A stretch of DNA of 64,000 nucleotides from an uncultured Polyangiaceae bacterium (lineage in GTDB: Bacteria; Myxococcota_A; Polyangia; Polyangiales; Polyangiaceae), in the NCBI GenBank assembly GCA_938004785.1, contig CALKVW010000211.1, positions 32,642 through 96,641 of the forward strand, given 5' to 3'. The notes beneath the pieces are model-generated. The model made no database searches, had not been told where the DNA came from, and saw nothing but the letters and a program-made list of their open reading frames with translations. Each line of letters starts with the position of its first letter. Position 1 is the stretch's first letter. Both the position numbers and the translations under genes were made by a program. Positions 45,850 to 55,596 of this stretch are shown one piece after another.

Positions 45850-47742
45850 ATGCTGCGACGCGCGCTCGCCCCGAGCTTGCTGCTCACGTCCTTCGCTGCT
45901 GGCTGCGGCCTGCGCGAGCCGCTCAGCGCGGCCGACATGGCGCGCGAGGGCACGGCCGACGCGCTCGTGCGCTACCTGGCCCAGCCCGGTGCGACCGCCG
46001 CGGTGTGCGACCCGAAGCACGATGGTCCTCGCTTCGCTGCGCGCTCGGAGGACGACTACGAGACGCTCACGCGCGCGCTGCTGAGCGGCGAGGTCCGAGC
46101 GCCACTGTGGCAGCGCTGCGCGACGCTGCTGCTCGAGGGCGGCGATCGCGCGGCCTCTGCGAGCCTGCTCGAGGCGATGGCGGAGGGCTATCGAGCCCTG
46201 CTCTCGTCGAGCGAGCTCGAGACCGACGGGGCGGAGCGCGCGAAGCTCGACGCCTTGCACACGGTCTTCGTCGAGCGCCCGAGGGGCGCGGCACCCAGAG
46301 CGGAGGCCGTCGCGTCACACCTGAGCGCGCTGCGTGAGGCGCTCGCCGGCGGGCATCTCGGTCCCCACGCGGAGAAGCGCGGGCGCGAGCTCCTGGTGGT
46401 GGTCGAGGTCGAGCAGGGCCTCTACGAGGGCAGACGCATCGACGAGGCGCTGCTCGACGAGCGCGAGGCGGCGGGCGACCACGCCACCCTGCGCCAGATC
46501 GAGCGGCGCATCCCCGACGCGGCGCTCGCGCGTGAGGCGAGGAGGCGTGTGGTGCGCCTCCGCATCGCGGCCTCGCCCGTGCCCGAGGTGCGCGCGCAGG
46601 CCGACGAGGTGCTCGAGCGCGTGCTCTCGACGGGCCGCAACGCGGTCGAGCTCTCCGCGCACCCCGTGAAGCGCGCGTGGCTCGACGAATCACGCGCGAA
46701 GGTCCGGCGCATCGTCGTGCGCCAAGACCTCTCGCGCCAGGTGGCGAAGCTGCTCGCGCAGGTGGAGAAGGGCGCGAGCCCGGGCGCGGCTCCGAGCCTC
46801 GTGCCGACGATCGATCTGCGTGGCAGCCTCGCCGTCGAGGTCGCGGGCTACACGCAGCCGCTCACGGTGTGCGCGAGCCCCGAAGCGCTCGACGTCACGC
46901 CCTGCGTATCGGCGGAGCAGGTGCGGCCCTCGGTCCCGATCGTGCGCGTCGACGCACGCGGCCTGCTCCATTTCGTCGATCGCATCACGACGCGCGACGC
47001 GATCCGCCTCGTATACGACACGCCCGATCTGCCGATCGATTTCGCCATCGGCGAGAGCCGAGGGTTCACCGTCGACTGGCCGATCGAGTTCGAGTCCACC
47101 GGCCCGGTGATCTTCAGCGGCCCGGCTTCGGGTAGGGGGCCCGACCTCGAGCTGAGGGTCGAGCGTCGCTATGCACCCAGGCTCGTCTTCGAGGTGAAGG
47201 CACCCGACGGGGTCTATGCGGGCGTCATCGAGGAGCGCGACCTCGCGGGCTTCGTGATCGCGAGCCGAGGAGGCACCGGCTACGCGGGCACACGCGGCAC
47301 CGACGGCGCCTCGGGCTCGACCGGCATGGCGGGTACCTCGGCGAGCTGCCCCTACAGTCCCGGTGGCAACGGCAGCGCTGGCGGCAATGGGCAGAATGGC
47401 GGCGCCGGTGGCCCAGGCGGCCCTGGCGGGCCTGGGGGCGACGTCGTCGTGCACGTGTCTTGCGCGACCGGGGAATGCAGCGGCTTCGCGAAGCGCGTCG
47501 CGAGCGTCGTGCAGAGCCTCGGTGGCCCGGGAGGTCCGGGCGGCGAAGGCGGCCGCGGCGGGTCGGGTGGCATGGGCGGCCCGGGAGGCAGCGGCGCCTC
47601 GTGCACCGACTCGAACGGTCAGTTCCGATCGGTGTCGGGCGGCATGTCCGGCCCGAGAGGCTCCGACGGTTCCCCAGGGCCGCGTGGCTCGGACGGTCCG
47701 GCCGGCGAGCCCGGGCGGGTGGATCTACGCCTCGCGCGCTGA
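45850..47742 (+). CDS. Large lipoprotein with helical N-terminal domain and C-terminal Gly-rich collagen-like (G-X-Y) repeats
   Basis: Start MLRRALAPSLLLTSFAAGCG. The C-terminus contains GPRGSDGSPGPRGSDGPAGEPG (uninterrupted GXY triplets) and GGPGGPGG runs. The first 100 codons of the ORF are junk. Confidence 0.6.
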   Translation: MLRRALAPSLLLTSFAAGCGLREPLSAADMAREGTADALVRYLAQPGATAAVCDPKHDGPRFAARSEDDYETLTRALLSGEVRAPLWQRCATLLLEGGDRAASASLLEAMAEGYRALLSSSELETDGAERAKLDALHTVFVERPRGAAPRAEAVASHLSALREALAGGHLGPHAEKRGRELLVVVEVEQGLYEGRRIDEALLDEREAAGDHATLRQIERRIPDAALAREARRRVVRLRIAASPVPEVRAQADEVLERVLSTGRNAVELSAHPVKRAWLDESRAKVRRIVVRQDLSRQVAKLLAQVEKGASPGAAPSLVPTIDLRGSLAVEVAGYTQPLTVCASPEALDVTPCVSAEQVRPSVPIVRVDARGLLHFVDRITTRDAIRLVYDTPDLPIDFAIGESRGFTVDWPIEFESTGPVIFSGPASGRGPDLELRVERRYAPRLVFEVKAPDGVYAGVIEERDLAGFVIASRGGTGYAGTRGTDGASGSTGMAGTSASCPYSPGGNGSAGGNGQNGGAGGPGGPGGPGGDVVVHVSCATGECSGFAKRVASVVQSLGGPGGPGGEGGRGGSGGMGGPGGSGASCTDSNGQFRSVSGGMSGPRGSDGSPGPRGSDGPAGEPGRVDLRLAR

Positions 47743-47800
47743 ATCGAGCTTCGACACGAGCTCGCGCCGCGCGCGCCATCCGAACCGCGAGGTGGTACAT

Positions 47801-48308
47801 GAGCGCGACGATGTGGGCTCGGCTCCTGTCTCCCTTCCTGCTCGTCGCGCTCGCTGCTGGCTGCGGCCGGCCCGCCGTGCCGGACTCGTCGAAGAGCGCC
47901 GTGCTCGGCAAGCCCATGCCCAGCATCGATCGCCGCGCGCTCGACGGTCGCAAGGTCGACCCTGCGAGCTACGCGGGCAAGACGGTGGTCGTGAAGTTCT
48001 TCGCCGAGTACTGCGAGCCCTGCAAGCGCACCCTGCCCGAGGCGGAGGCGCTCTCTCGCGCAAGGGCCGACGTGGTCGTCATCGGCGTCTCGGAAGACGA
48101 GCGCGAAGACGTCGCGCGCGGCATCGTGGAGGGCTACGGGCTGAGCTTCCCGGTCGTGCACGACCGCGGCCAGGTGCTCTCGGGGCGGTTCCGCGTGAGC
48201 TCCCTCCCGGCGAGCTTCGTCGTCGACCCGCAAGGCATCGTGCGCTGGGTGGGCTTCGGCGCGCGTTCGCAAGGGATGGAACAGGCGGTCGAGGCCATCG
48301 CTCCCTGA
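47801..48308 (+). CDS. TlpA-like thiol:disulfide oxidoreductase (thioredoxin fold) lipoprotein
   Basis: Start MSATMWARLLSPFLLVALAAGCG. Redox motif CEPC in VVVKFFAEYCEPCKR. The upstream ORF part is Arg-rich junk. Confidence 0.8.
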
Positions 48309-48361
48309 ACGAGCCGTCCGGGCTCCGAGCCGGTCGATCCCATCGTTCGTTGCTGCTACAT

Positions 48362-49720
48362 CTATGCTGCGCGCAGCGCGACGGCGAGCGCGTCTTGGGT
48401 GTCGTCGCCCAGCTCGAAGCGCCGGATGGCCTCGTCGATCGCGCGCTCCGCCGTTGCGGCGAGGCTCGGGTCGCGTTCGAGCAGCCAGCGCGCGGTCGCG
48501 AAGGCGAGCGCAGCGTGGCGCGCCTCGTCGACGATCACCCGCTCGAGGAAGGGCCGCGCTTCGGGTGGCGCGCTCGCGAGCCAGGCCTCGGCCTCCGCGA
48601 CGGCGAGCGTTTCGCCCACGCAGCCGCCCACGATCACGTCGAACAGCAAGGACTCGGCGATCGCGTCGCTTGGACCGAAGGGTGCGACCGCCTCGGGGAA
48701 GGCGCCGGGGCCTTCGGGTGCGCCACCGAAGCGCGCCGCCAGCGCGAAGGCCTCGCGCGCGTGCTCGACTTCGTCGGAGAGGGCTCGGCTGGTCGAGGCG
48801 AGCAGAGACGCAGGCGCGCCGAGGGCCGAGAGCATCGCGACGCTGCGCGCGAAGGCTGCGATGCTCGCGTGCTCGTCGAAGGCGATGCGCCGGAAACGCG
48901 CGGCGAGCTCGGGCGTGGCGTCGCTCGACGGCACCTCGGCCGATCGCGCCCAGGCCTCGGCGGCGACGCCACGCGCGACGACCGGCGCACCATCGACGAG
49001 CACGGGCCGCCCGCAGGGTCGCATCGACACCCAGCGCTCGCAGACCCAGCGCCCGCCGACGAAGTTGCAGGTGTCGCTGCCCTGGCGATCGCAAGGGCTG
49101 CGGTTCACGTAGGGGCGCGCGTGGGTCTTCGCGCCCACCGGGAAGCAGCCGAGCGAGGGCGGGCCGTCGCTCGAGGCGTCGCGTGCCACGGGCATGGTCG
49201 CGTCGGCCTCCCTCGTGTAGCGGTCGACGACGATCGCGCATTGCTGGGCTTCGGGGCAGCCCATGCCGCAGGCGTCGCTCACGCAGCGCGCGGGGCCACC
49301 CGCTGCTGCGAGGCAGCTCTCCCCCGCAGGGCAATCGTGCGAGCTCTCGCAGCTCGCGCCACTCCGCGGTACGAGGCGGCAGGCGAGCTGCGCCGAGCCT
49401 TCAGGAGTCGACGCGCAGACCTCGGGCGCCGCGCACGAGCTCGGATCGCCGCAGGGCGCGAGCGAGTCGCGGTGCACCTCGACCTCGCGCTCCGAGCAGC
49501 GCACCTCGGCGCTCGCCGATCCCGAGACCTCCACGCATACCCGCCCGAGCTTTCGCTCCGTCCCGCCGCCAGCGACGACGCCGCCTGCCGCGACGCGTGC
49601 GCCGCCCGGCGCGCCCTCCGCCGCAGGCGCCTCCACCGACGACGGCGCGCCGCAAGCCGGCAGCCCGAGCGCAGTCAACAACACCGCCCGCAGAGGCCCA
49701 CGCGATACGAGAGAGCTCAC
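48362..49720 (-). CDS. Lipoprotein with Cys-rich N-terminal region and ferritin-like C-terminal domain (paralog of 17347..18654)
   Basis: Lipobox LPACG. About 20 Cys in the first 250 aa. C-terminal ferritin-like helices (FDEHASIAAF, DEVEHAREAF, GETLAVAEAE, DEARHAALAF). Confidence 0.7.
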   Translation of the reverse strand: MSSLVSRGPLRAVLLTALGLPACGAPSSVEAPAAEGAPGGARVAAGGVVAGGGTERKLGRVCVEVSGSASAEVRCSEREVEVHRDSLAPCGDPSSCAAPEVCASTPEGSAQLACRLVPRSGASCESSHDCPAGESCLAAAGGPARCVSDACGMGCPEAQQCAIVVDRYTREADATMPVARDASSDGPPSLGCFPVGAKTHARPYVNRSPCDRQGSDTCNFVGGRWVCERWVSMRPCGRPVLVDGAPVVARGVAAEAWARSAEVPSSDATPELAARFRRIAFDEHASIAAFARSVAMLSALGAPASLLASTSRALSDEVEHAREAFALAARFGGAPEGPGAFPEAVAPFGPSDAIAESLLFDVIVGGCVGETLAVAEAEAWLASAPPEARPFLERVIVDEARHAALAFATARWLLERDPSLAATAERAIDEAIRRFELGDDTQDALAVALRAA

Positions 49721-49771
49721 CTCGGAAGCCTACACCGTGAACGGACCCCCGCGTGCTAGCGTCGCCGACGC

Positions 49772-51625
49772 ATGGGAGATCGCGCAAGCTATGCCCTCCG
49801 TCGCCCCGGCTCACGCAGCGTCGACGTGCGCTTCGCCCAATTCGGATCGCCGTTCCTCTTCGGCGACGTCTTCTGGGGGCCCGAGCAGACCCAAGCGCTG
49901 ATCGAGTCGCTGGAGAAGGGCCCGTGGCTCGACGACGTCTATGGTGAGGCCGCCGTCGCGATGTGCCTCCAGAAGCGGCGCATCGCGATCTACAGCTACC
50001 AGCTCGAGCCGCACGACAGACTGGTGGCGGCGCGCCTCATGGAGCCACTCTGGCCAGGCTGGCAGATCCGCTTCGTCACGAGGCTCACCGAGGTCACGTC
50101 GACCGTCGGCCACGATCTCGTCAAGGCCTGGGCGCGCAAGGCCACGCGCAGCGCGGCGCGCCAGCGCGACTTCCACCTGCGCACGGATCCACTCGCAGAT
50201 CTGGGCAAGCAGCAGTCCGCGAGGCCGCACGACACCCCGATCCACGGCGTCGTCACGCTGATCGACGAGCGCGGAGCGAGCGACCACCTGTTCGACGTCG
50301 ACCTCGGCGCCGCGCTCTTCGCGGGCCCCGCGCTGATCGCCGCGCTGCCCCGCGCGCCGACGCTCTCGGCCGCCGAACGCGGTCTGCGCGCGCGCCTCAG
50401 AGGCTGGGACGTCAAGTCGCCGGACGAGCTCTTCGTCTCCTTCCGGCGCGGGCCGCACGCCGTGGTCGACCCCGCCGCGCGGCGCCTCGTGCTCACCGTG
50501 GAGCGCGGGCTCGAGGAGGCCACGGCCTTCGCCAACGCGCACGCCTACGCGGTCGCGTGGCCGGACTGGAAGCTCGAGGTGCAGCGCGGCGGCCTACCGG
50601 CGCACTACGCCAAGACCGGGCGCGCAGTGCCCGAGCTCTTGCGGGTCCGGGAGGCGCCGGAGCCTGCCCCTGGCTCGCTCGACGACGAAGCGCGCACGGT
50701 CGCGAGCCTGCGGCGCATCCGCGCGCACCTGCTCGAGGCCGAGGCCGAGAAGGCCGAGGCCGACGCCTTCCTCGGCCAGGCTGCGCTCGTGATCGACGAG
50801 CTCAGCGCGGAGGCCACCGCCGCGGGAGCGACCGTACAGACGCTCGGCACCGCAGGCTTCGACACGCCGAAGGGCCCGCTCTCGCCGGCGGAGAAGCGGG
50901 CCCTCTGGGAGCGCGCCGTGCGCGAGGCTGGGCTCGAGGCCCAGGCCGCGCGGGCCGCGGAGCCTGCGCCGGAGGCGGCCGAGCCCGGCGCTCCGCCCAC
51001 GCCCGACGAGCGCTTCGACGAAGCGCACCTGAAGTACCGCTATGGCGACGATCGCGATGCGGCCCGCACGAAGCTCGACGCGCTGCTCGCCGAGCACCCG
51101 CGGCACGCGCGCGCTCTCGGCTTGCGCGGTCGCATCGCCTACCTCGACGGAGAAGACGCCGAGGCCCGCCGGCTCAGCGAAGCCGCGATCGCGGTCGACC
51201 CGGACGACGCCGAGCCCTGGGCGACCCTCGGCCTCGTCGCAGCTCGCGCCAAGGACTTCGACGAGCTCGTCCGCTGCTACGAGCGCGCGATCCAATGCGC
51301 GCCGCATTCGTGGATTCGCAACAACCTCATGTGCGCGCACCTCGACCGCGCCGAGCCGATGCCCGCCGGCCCCGAGCGCGTCGCCCTGCTCGAGCGCGCT
51401 CTCGAGATCGCGACCGAGTCGAGTGACCGCACGTCCTCACTTCATTGGGGCGAGGCCTGCGCGCTCTCCATGCTCGAGCGCGACGCCGACCGAGCCTGGG
51501 AGGCGATGCGCAGCGCGCTCCGGCTCGAGTACTGGAATCGCAAACCCTTCCTCGCGAAGCTCCGGGCCGACCCCCAGCTCGCGTGGGTATGGCGGATGAA
51601 GCAAGGCGAGACGCTGAAGGAGTGA
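49772..51625 (+). CDS. Hypothetical protein with C-terminal TPR-like repeats
   Basis: 617 aa with coding-like composition. The C-terminus has TPR-like helices (ALGLRGRIAYLDGEDAEARRLSEAAIAVDPDDAEPWATLGLV). Confidence 0.55.
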   Translation: MGDRASYALRRPGSRSVDVRFAQFGSPFLFGDVFWGPEQTQALIESLEKGPWLDDVYGEAAVAMCLQKRRIAIYSYQLEPHDRLVAARLMEPLWPGWQIRFVTRLTEVTSTVGHDLVKAWARKATRSAARQRDFHLRTDPLADLGKQQSARPHDTPIHGVVTLIDERGASDHLFDVDLGAALFAGPALIAALPRAPTLSAAERGLRARLRGWDVKSPDELFVSFRRGPHAVVDPAARRLVLTVERGLEEATAFANAHAYAVAWPDWKLEVQRGGLPAHYAKTGRAVPELLRVREAPEPAPGSLDDEARTVASLRRIRAHLLEAEAEKAEADAFLGQAALVIDELSAEATAAGATVQTLGTAGFDTPKGPLSPAEKRALWERAVREAGLEAQAARAAEPAPEAAEPGAPPTPDERFDEAHLKYRYGDDRDAARTKLDALLAEHPRHARALGLRGRIAYLDGEDAEARRLSEAAIAVDPDDAEPWATLGLVAARAKDFDELVRCYERAIQCAPHSWIRNNLMCAHLDRAEPMPAGPERVALLERALEIATESSDRTSSLHWGEACALSMLERDADRAWEAMRSALRLEYWNRKPFLAKLRADPQLAWVWRMKQGETLKE

Positions 51626-51645
51626 CCCACGCTACACTCCGCCGC

Positions 51646-52581
51646 ATGCCCACGCCTCCTCCCTCCCCCAACGCGTATTGGGCCACCCCTTCGGTCGCGG
51701 GCGGCGAGTATCCGGGCCACCCGCAGCGCGCCGAGGTTGCGCCGCGTGTGCAGGCGTGGGTCGAGCACGGCGTCACTCTCTTCGTCGACCTCACCGAGCC
51801 TGGTGAGCTCGAGCCCTACGAGGCCGAAGCGCAGGCGGCTGGGGCGCGCCACCTTCGCTTCGCGATCCGCGACGCCGGCGTGCCTCGCGACACCGACCTC
51901 GTGCGCGACGCGCTCGACGCGATCGACAGCGAAGTGGCACGACGAGGGCGCGCCTACGTGCATTGCTGGGGCGGCGTCGGGCGCACGGGTACCCTGATCG
52001 GTTGCTGGCTGGTGCGTCACGGTCGCGACGGGCTGGCCGCGCTGAGCGAGGTGCAGACCCTCTATGCGACCACACCCAAGGTTCGACGCCTCCCTCGTTC
52101 GCCGGAGAACTCCGCCCAATGCGATTACGTGCTCGCGTGGGAGCGCATTCACGCCCTCGAGCACGCCGCGCGCCGAGCCCTCGAGGCGAGCTCGGCAGAG
52201 TCGCCCGAGGACTCGCCGCTCGACGTCGCCCTCGACGCGCTCATCGACGCATCATGCGACCCGTTCGTGCGTGTGCTGCAGGACGCGCTCGTCCACCCGC
52301 ACCACCACCGCCACCAGCGGGTCGCCCGCGAGCTACAGCGCGCCGCGCGCCCGTCGACGATCCCCTTCGTGCGCCGCGCCATCGAGATGGGCTTCGCGCA
52401 CCTCGCCTACACCTGCTCCGAAGACGACGTCATCGGCAAGTGGCTGAGCTGGATCCTCGCGGAGATCGGCACCGACGAGGCCGTCGCGCTCCTGCGCGAA
52501 CTCGCCGAGCACGAGAACCCCGGCGTGGCGAGCGCGATGCGCTACCGTCTCGAGCGCCTCGGGCCGACGAAGCCCGCCTGA
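51646..52581 (+). CDS. Protein-tyrosine/dual-specificity phosphatase family protein
   Basis: CX5R active-site loop VHCWGGVGRTG. An ATG lies at 51646 and an alternative GTG at 51622 overlaps the upstream stop. The first 60 codons of the ORF are junk. Confidence 0.75.
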   Translation: MPTPPPSPNAYWATPSVAGGEYPGHPQRAEVAPRVQAWVEHGVTLFVDLTEPGELEPYEAEAQAAGARHLRFAIRDAGVPRDTDLVRDALDAIDSEVARRGRAYVHCWGGVGRTGTLIGCWLVRHGRDGLAALSEVQTLYATTPKVRRLPRSPENSAQCDYVLAWERIHALEHAARRALEASSAESPEDSPLDVALDALIDASCDPFVRVLQDALVHPHHHRHQRVARELQRAARPSTIPFVRRAIEMGFAHLAYTCSEDDVIGKWLSWILAEIGTDEAVALLRELAEHENPGVASAMRYRLERLGPTKPA

Positions 52582-52585
52582 TGGC

Positions 52586-53270
52586 GTGGCACTTGCTCGA
52601 GGCTGTGGCATGCGCTGGTTCACCACCGCGGCCGTCGTGGTTTCTGCCGTGGTCTCCACGCAAGCGCAGGCGAAGGAGCCATCCGCACAGGGCGAGCCGG
52701 CGCAGGGCCTGCGTGGCGAGGCGCAACATGTGGCATGTTTGGGTCGAGCCCGTCGGGACGGGCCTCGGCATCCTCGGCAGGACGTTCTACCTCTCCGCCG
52801 GCGCGAACGTGGTGCTCGGTGAGCATGTCGATCTCGTGCCAGAGGCCGCTTTCACCTTGGGCAACTGGTACGGAGGCGGCAGCACGCAACTGGGGACCTG
52901 GCTCTCTCTCGGGCTCAGCTTCCACACGGGCAACGAGCCCTTGGAAGGCTTCTTTCTCCAGCCCAAGCTGCGCTCTCGCATCTTCGACACCCCCAAGTCG
53001 AGCAGTACGAGCGGCTGGTTCTCTAGCTCCGCGAGCGCCGGTGTCGACGCCGAGCTCGGGCTGGGCCTCGACTTCGGCTACCAGTGGCGCGCGGAGAGTG
53101 TGCCGTTCTACGCGGCGCTCCTCCTGGGCCTCAACGGCGGCGTGTGCATCAACTGCCACGACGAGGGACCGATCTGGATGGGTACGAGCATCTTCGGAGG
53201 TGGTGGTCGCTCCACGCGGGGCGTCTTCGGCGTGAACCTGAACATCCTGAGGATCGGCATGAGCTTCTGA
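52586..53270 (+). pseudogene. Probable outer-membrane beta-barrel protein gene interrupted by a frameshift (or sequencing error)
   Basis: A classic signal peptide MRWFTTAAVVVSAVVSTQAQA-KEP starts at 52586 (frame 2) and runs to 52822. From about 52728 (frame 0) there is an alternating-hydrophobic beta-strand sequence ending in a C-terminal Phe (LRIGMSF), typical of OMPs. The two parts cannot be joined without a +1 shift near 52700-52730. Confidence 0.4.
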
Positions 53271-53850
53271 GGGCGCCGACACCGAGCTCGCAGCCCGCAC
53301 TGCAAGGCGTCGTCGCCCGCCTGCGACGGAACGCAGCGCCCGGTGAGCGGCGTGCATTGGATGGGCGGGGCAGTCTGCGGGCACCCTGCCGAGCGTTTCG
53401 AACTGCGCCCGGAGACCGCCGAACTCGGCTTCGCAGGAACGACCGAACCGAGCGCACCTGAAGCCCCGGGGAACCCTGTCGCTCCCCGAGGGCGCGTGTG
53501 GCCCCGGCCGGTGTCGCCACCTCGCGCCTGGACTCTGCTCGCCCCTGGCTTGCTCCGTTCGCTCGGCTGCGGCGCGTCGGTGCGTGGCGGTCCGCTCGCC
53601 GTCTGGCTCGGCGACGAACCCATCGTCTCGGGAGAGGTGAGCGCCGTCGGTGGATTCGCCAACGCCGACAGCGAGCTTCTCCTGGGTGTGCCCTCGACGC
53701 TCGGCCTGGGCAGTCCGGTCGAACACGGGCACGCGGTCGGCCACGTCGAGTCGGGGCTCGAGCTCGATCGCGGCGTCGTCGGTCGGCTGGACCTTCGCTC
53801 GAGGTGCGCGAAGCGCACGCCACGCCGCTGGGACTCGAGCTGCGCCGAGC

Positions 53851-54435
53851 TCAGCGCGCGCTCGAGTGCGGCGCGCGTGGAGCGCCGGTGTCGCTCGCCT
53901 GACGCCGCGAGACGGGAGCAGCAGCGACGCCACGTCGATGCATGCGGTGATGAAGCCACGCACCGACGGCGAGCACGGCCCCGCTGGCGCACCACGTCAG
54001 TGCGGTGGTCCGCCATTGCGTCGACAGACCCGTCGCCCACATGGCCGCGCCGAGCACGACCCAAGGTCGGGCGAGCGTGAAGGGACCGAGGATGGCGACC
54101 GTGGCCAGGGTGCGCACTTCGTGCCGCGCAAGGAGGTAGACGCCGAGCGCTGCGAGGACGAGCGCGCTGTAGAGGCCGTAGGCCAGCACGAGCCGCCCTC
54201 CGACCGCGATGAGCTCAGCCCAAGCCGCTCGTGGATCGCAATGCGTGGCGCACGAAACGAGCGTCAGCGCCGCGAGCGCGACGATCGCCACGACGGCCGC
54301 AGACGCACCTGAGGCCATGGCGCGAAGGTGGTACCGTCGCTTGTCGATGCGCCCGTCGCGCCCTGCGGATGCGCGAAACCCGGCGAAAGCTCCGTCGAGG
54401 AGCGCGAAGAGGATCAGGGCGGCGGGGATCACCGG
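53851..54435 (-). CDS. Hypothetical integral membrane protein
   Basis: C-terminal 190 aa of the 241-aa ORF have 4-5 hydrophobic helices. Start is uncertain (GTG/TTG). The N-terminal Arg-rich part is judged non-coding. Confidence 0.4.
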   Translation of the reverse strand, partial: PVIPAALILFALLDGAFAGFRASAGRDGRIDKRRYHLRAMASGASAAVVAIVALAALTLVSCATHCDPRAAWAELIAVGGRLVLAYGLYSALVLAALGVYLLARHEVRTLATVAILGPFTLARPWVVLGAAMWATGLSTQWRTTALTWCASGAVLAVGAWLHHRMHRRGVAAAPVSRRQASDTGAPRAPHSSAR

Positions 54436-55358
54436 AAGTCCTCCAGGCGCGCAGCCAGAGGACCGAGCTTCGCCGTCCAGGCGTCCGCCAGCTCGCCTCG
54501 TACTCCCACCAACGCGTGCATCACCTTCAGCACGGGCAGCGCTTCGACCCGCCCGTCGAAGACCCCGATCTTCCACCCGGGACAGGCAGCGCGGGCGGCG
54601 CGCAAGAGCTCACTCGAAGGGTGAGCACGAAGCGCCGACAGGATGCCGTCGTGGCGCGCGAGGGGCTCGCTCATGCGCGCCCGATGGAAGAGGTAGCTGC
54701 CGATCGGAGCGAGCCAGGAAGGCTTGATGTCCCAGTGTATGAAGGCCTCGGCGCCGCTACGATGCTGCTCGGCGAAGAACTGGTCGAGCGCCGTGCCTCG
54801 GAAGTGGTGGATGACCCCGGTGGACGTGTAGACCGTCGCCGGGCTGCGCAGCCGGAACGCGTTCTCCGCAGAGAACTCGCATCGGAGGCCTTCGAGCCGG
54901 GAGAGGGCATTGGCGGCTTCGACCAGCTTGGCGTTGTAATCGCATCCGCGCAGCTCGACCGTCTGGGGGAGCGCGCGGCGAGCGGCCAGCCAGCGCACGG
55001 AGTATCCGAGCCCGCATCCGACGTCGACGACTCGAACGGCTTCGGCGGGTGCGCGGTCCGAGACGGTCTCGACGAGCGGGCGGAGGAGGCGCGAGATCCG
55101 CTCGCCCTGCTGGAACTCCTCGGAGAGCCGCTGTAGCTCCAAGTGTGCGCGTAGCAGCACCTCGTCGACGTAGTCCCGGTCGAGCAGGCCGCCTGCGTGT
55201 GGCCACGAGGACACGATGCGGAGCGCCTGGCGCATTCCGAGCGACGCGAGCCGATCCAAGACCTCGGCGCGCCGCACGTCGATCCGCGCGAGCGTCTCCG
55301 GGTCGTAGGCGAGCACCAGGTCGGAGATCTCCGGCCGAGCCTCAGGCGAGACGATCAC
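54429..55358 (-). CDS. Class I SAM-dependent methyltransferase
   Basis: Motif I VVDVGCGLGY. Post-I acidic residue. Rossmann-like fold features. Confidence 0.75.
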   Translation of the reverse strand: MIVSPEARPEISDLVLAYDPETLARIDVRRAEVLDRLASLGMRQALRIVSSWPHAGGLLDRDYVDEVLLRAHLELQRLSEEFQQGERISRLLRPLVETVSDRAPAEAVRVVDVGCGLGYSVRWLAARRALPQTVELRGCDYNAKLVEAANALSRLEGLRCEFSAENAFRLRSPATVYTSTGVIHHFRGTALDQFFAEQHRSGAEAFIHWDIKPSWLAPIGSYLFHRARMSEPLARHDGILSALRAHPSSELLRAARAACPGWKIGVFDGRVEALPVLKVMHALVGVRGELADAWTAKLGPLAARLEDFR

Positions 55359-55596
55359 GACGCGACGCTAGCAGACCGGGAGCGTGCGCCGGAACGATGG
55401 CGGCTCGCATCGAGAGGGCGGGCAGGCCGTGGGCGCACGGCACGGCGTCTCGAGCTGCGCCTGGAGCTCGTGGCGCTCTTCGAGGTGCCGCCTCGCCCGG
55501 TGCCCTTCTCGCGCTCCACCGATCCCCTGCACGCGACCGGGATCGAAGCGACGCAGCTTGCGAGCACTGCACGCGTCATGCGGAGCCTGCTAACAC

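Noticed and set aside
47619-49740. 571-aa minus ORF and 458-aa plus ORF (48364..49740) over the TlpA and ferritin-like lipoprotein genes
   Set aside because: Poly-Arg/Pro/Ser artefacts. Real genes are supported by lipoboxes and the CEPC and ferritin-like motifs in other frames.
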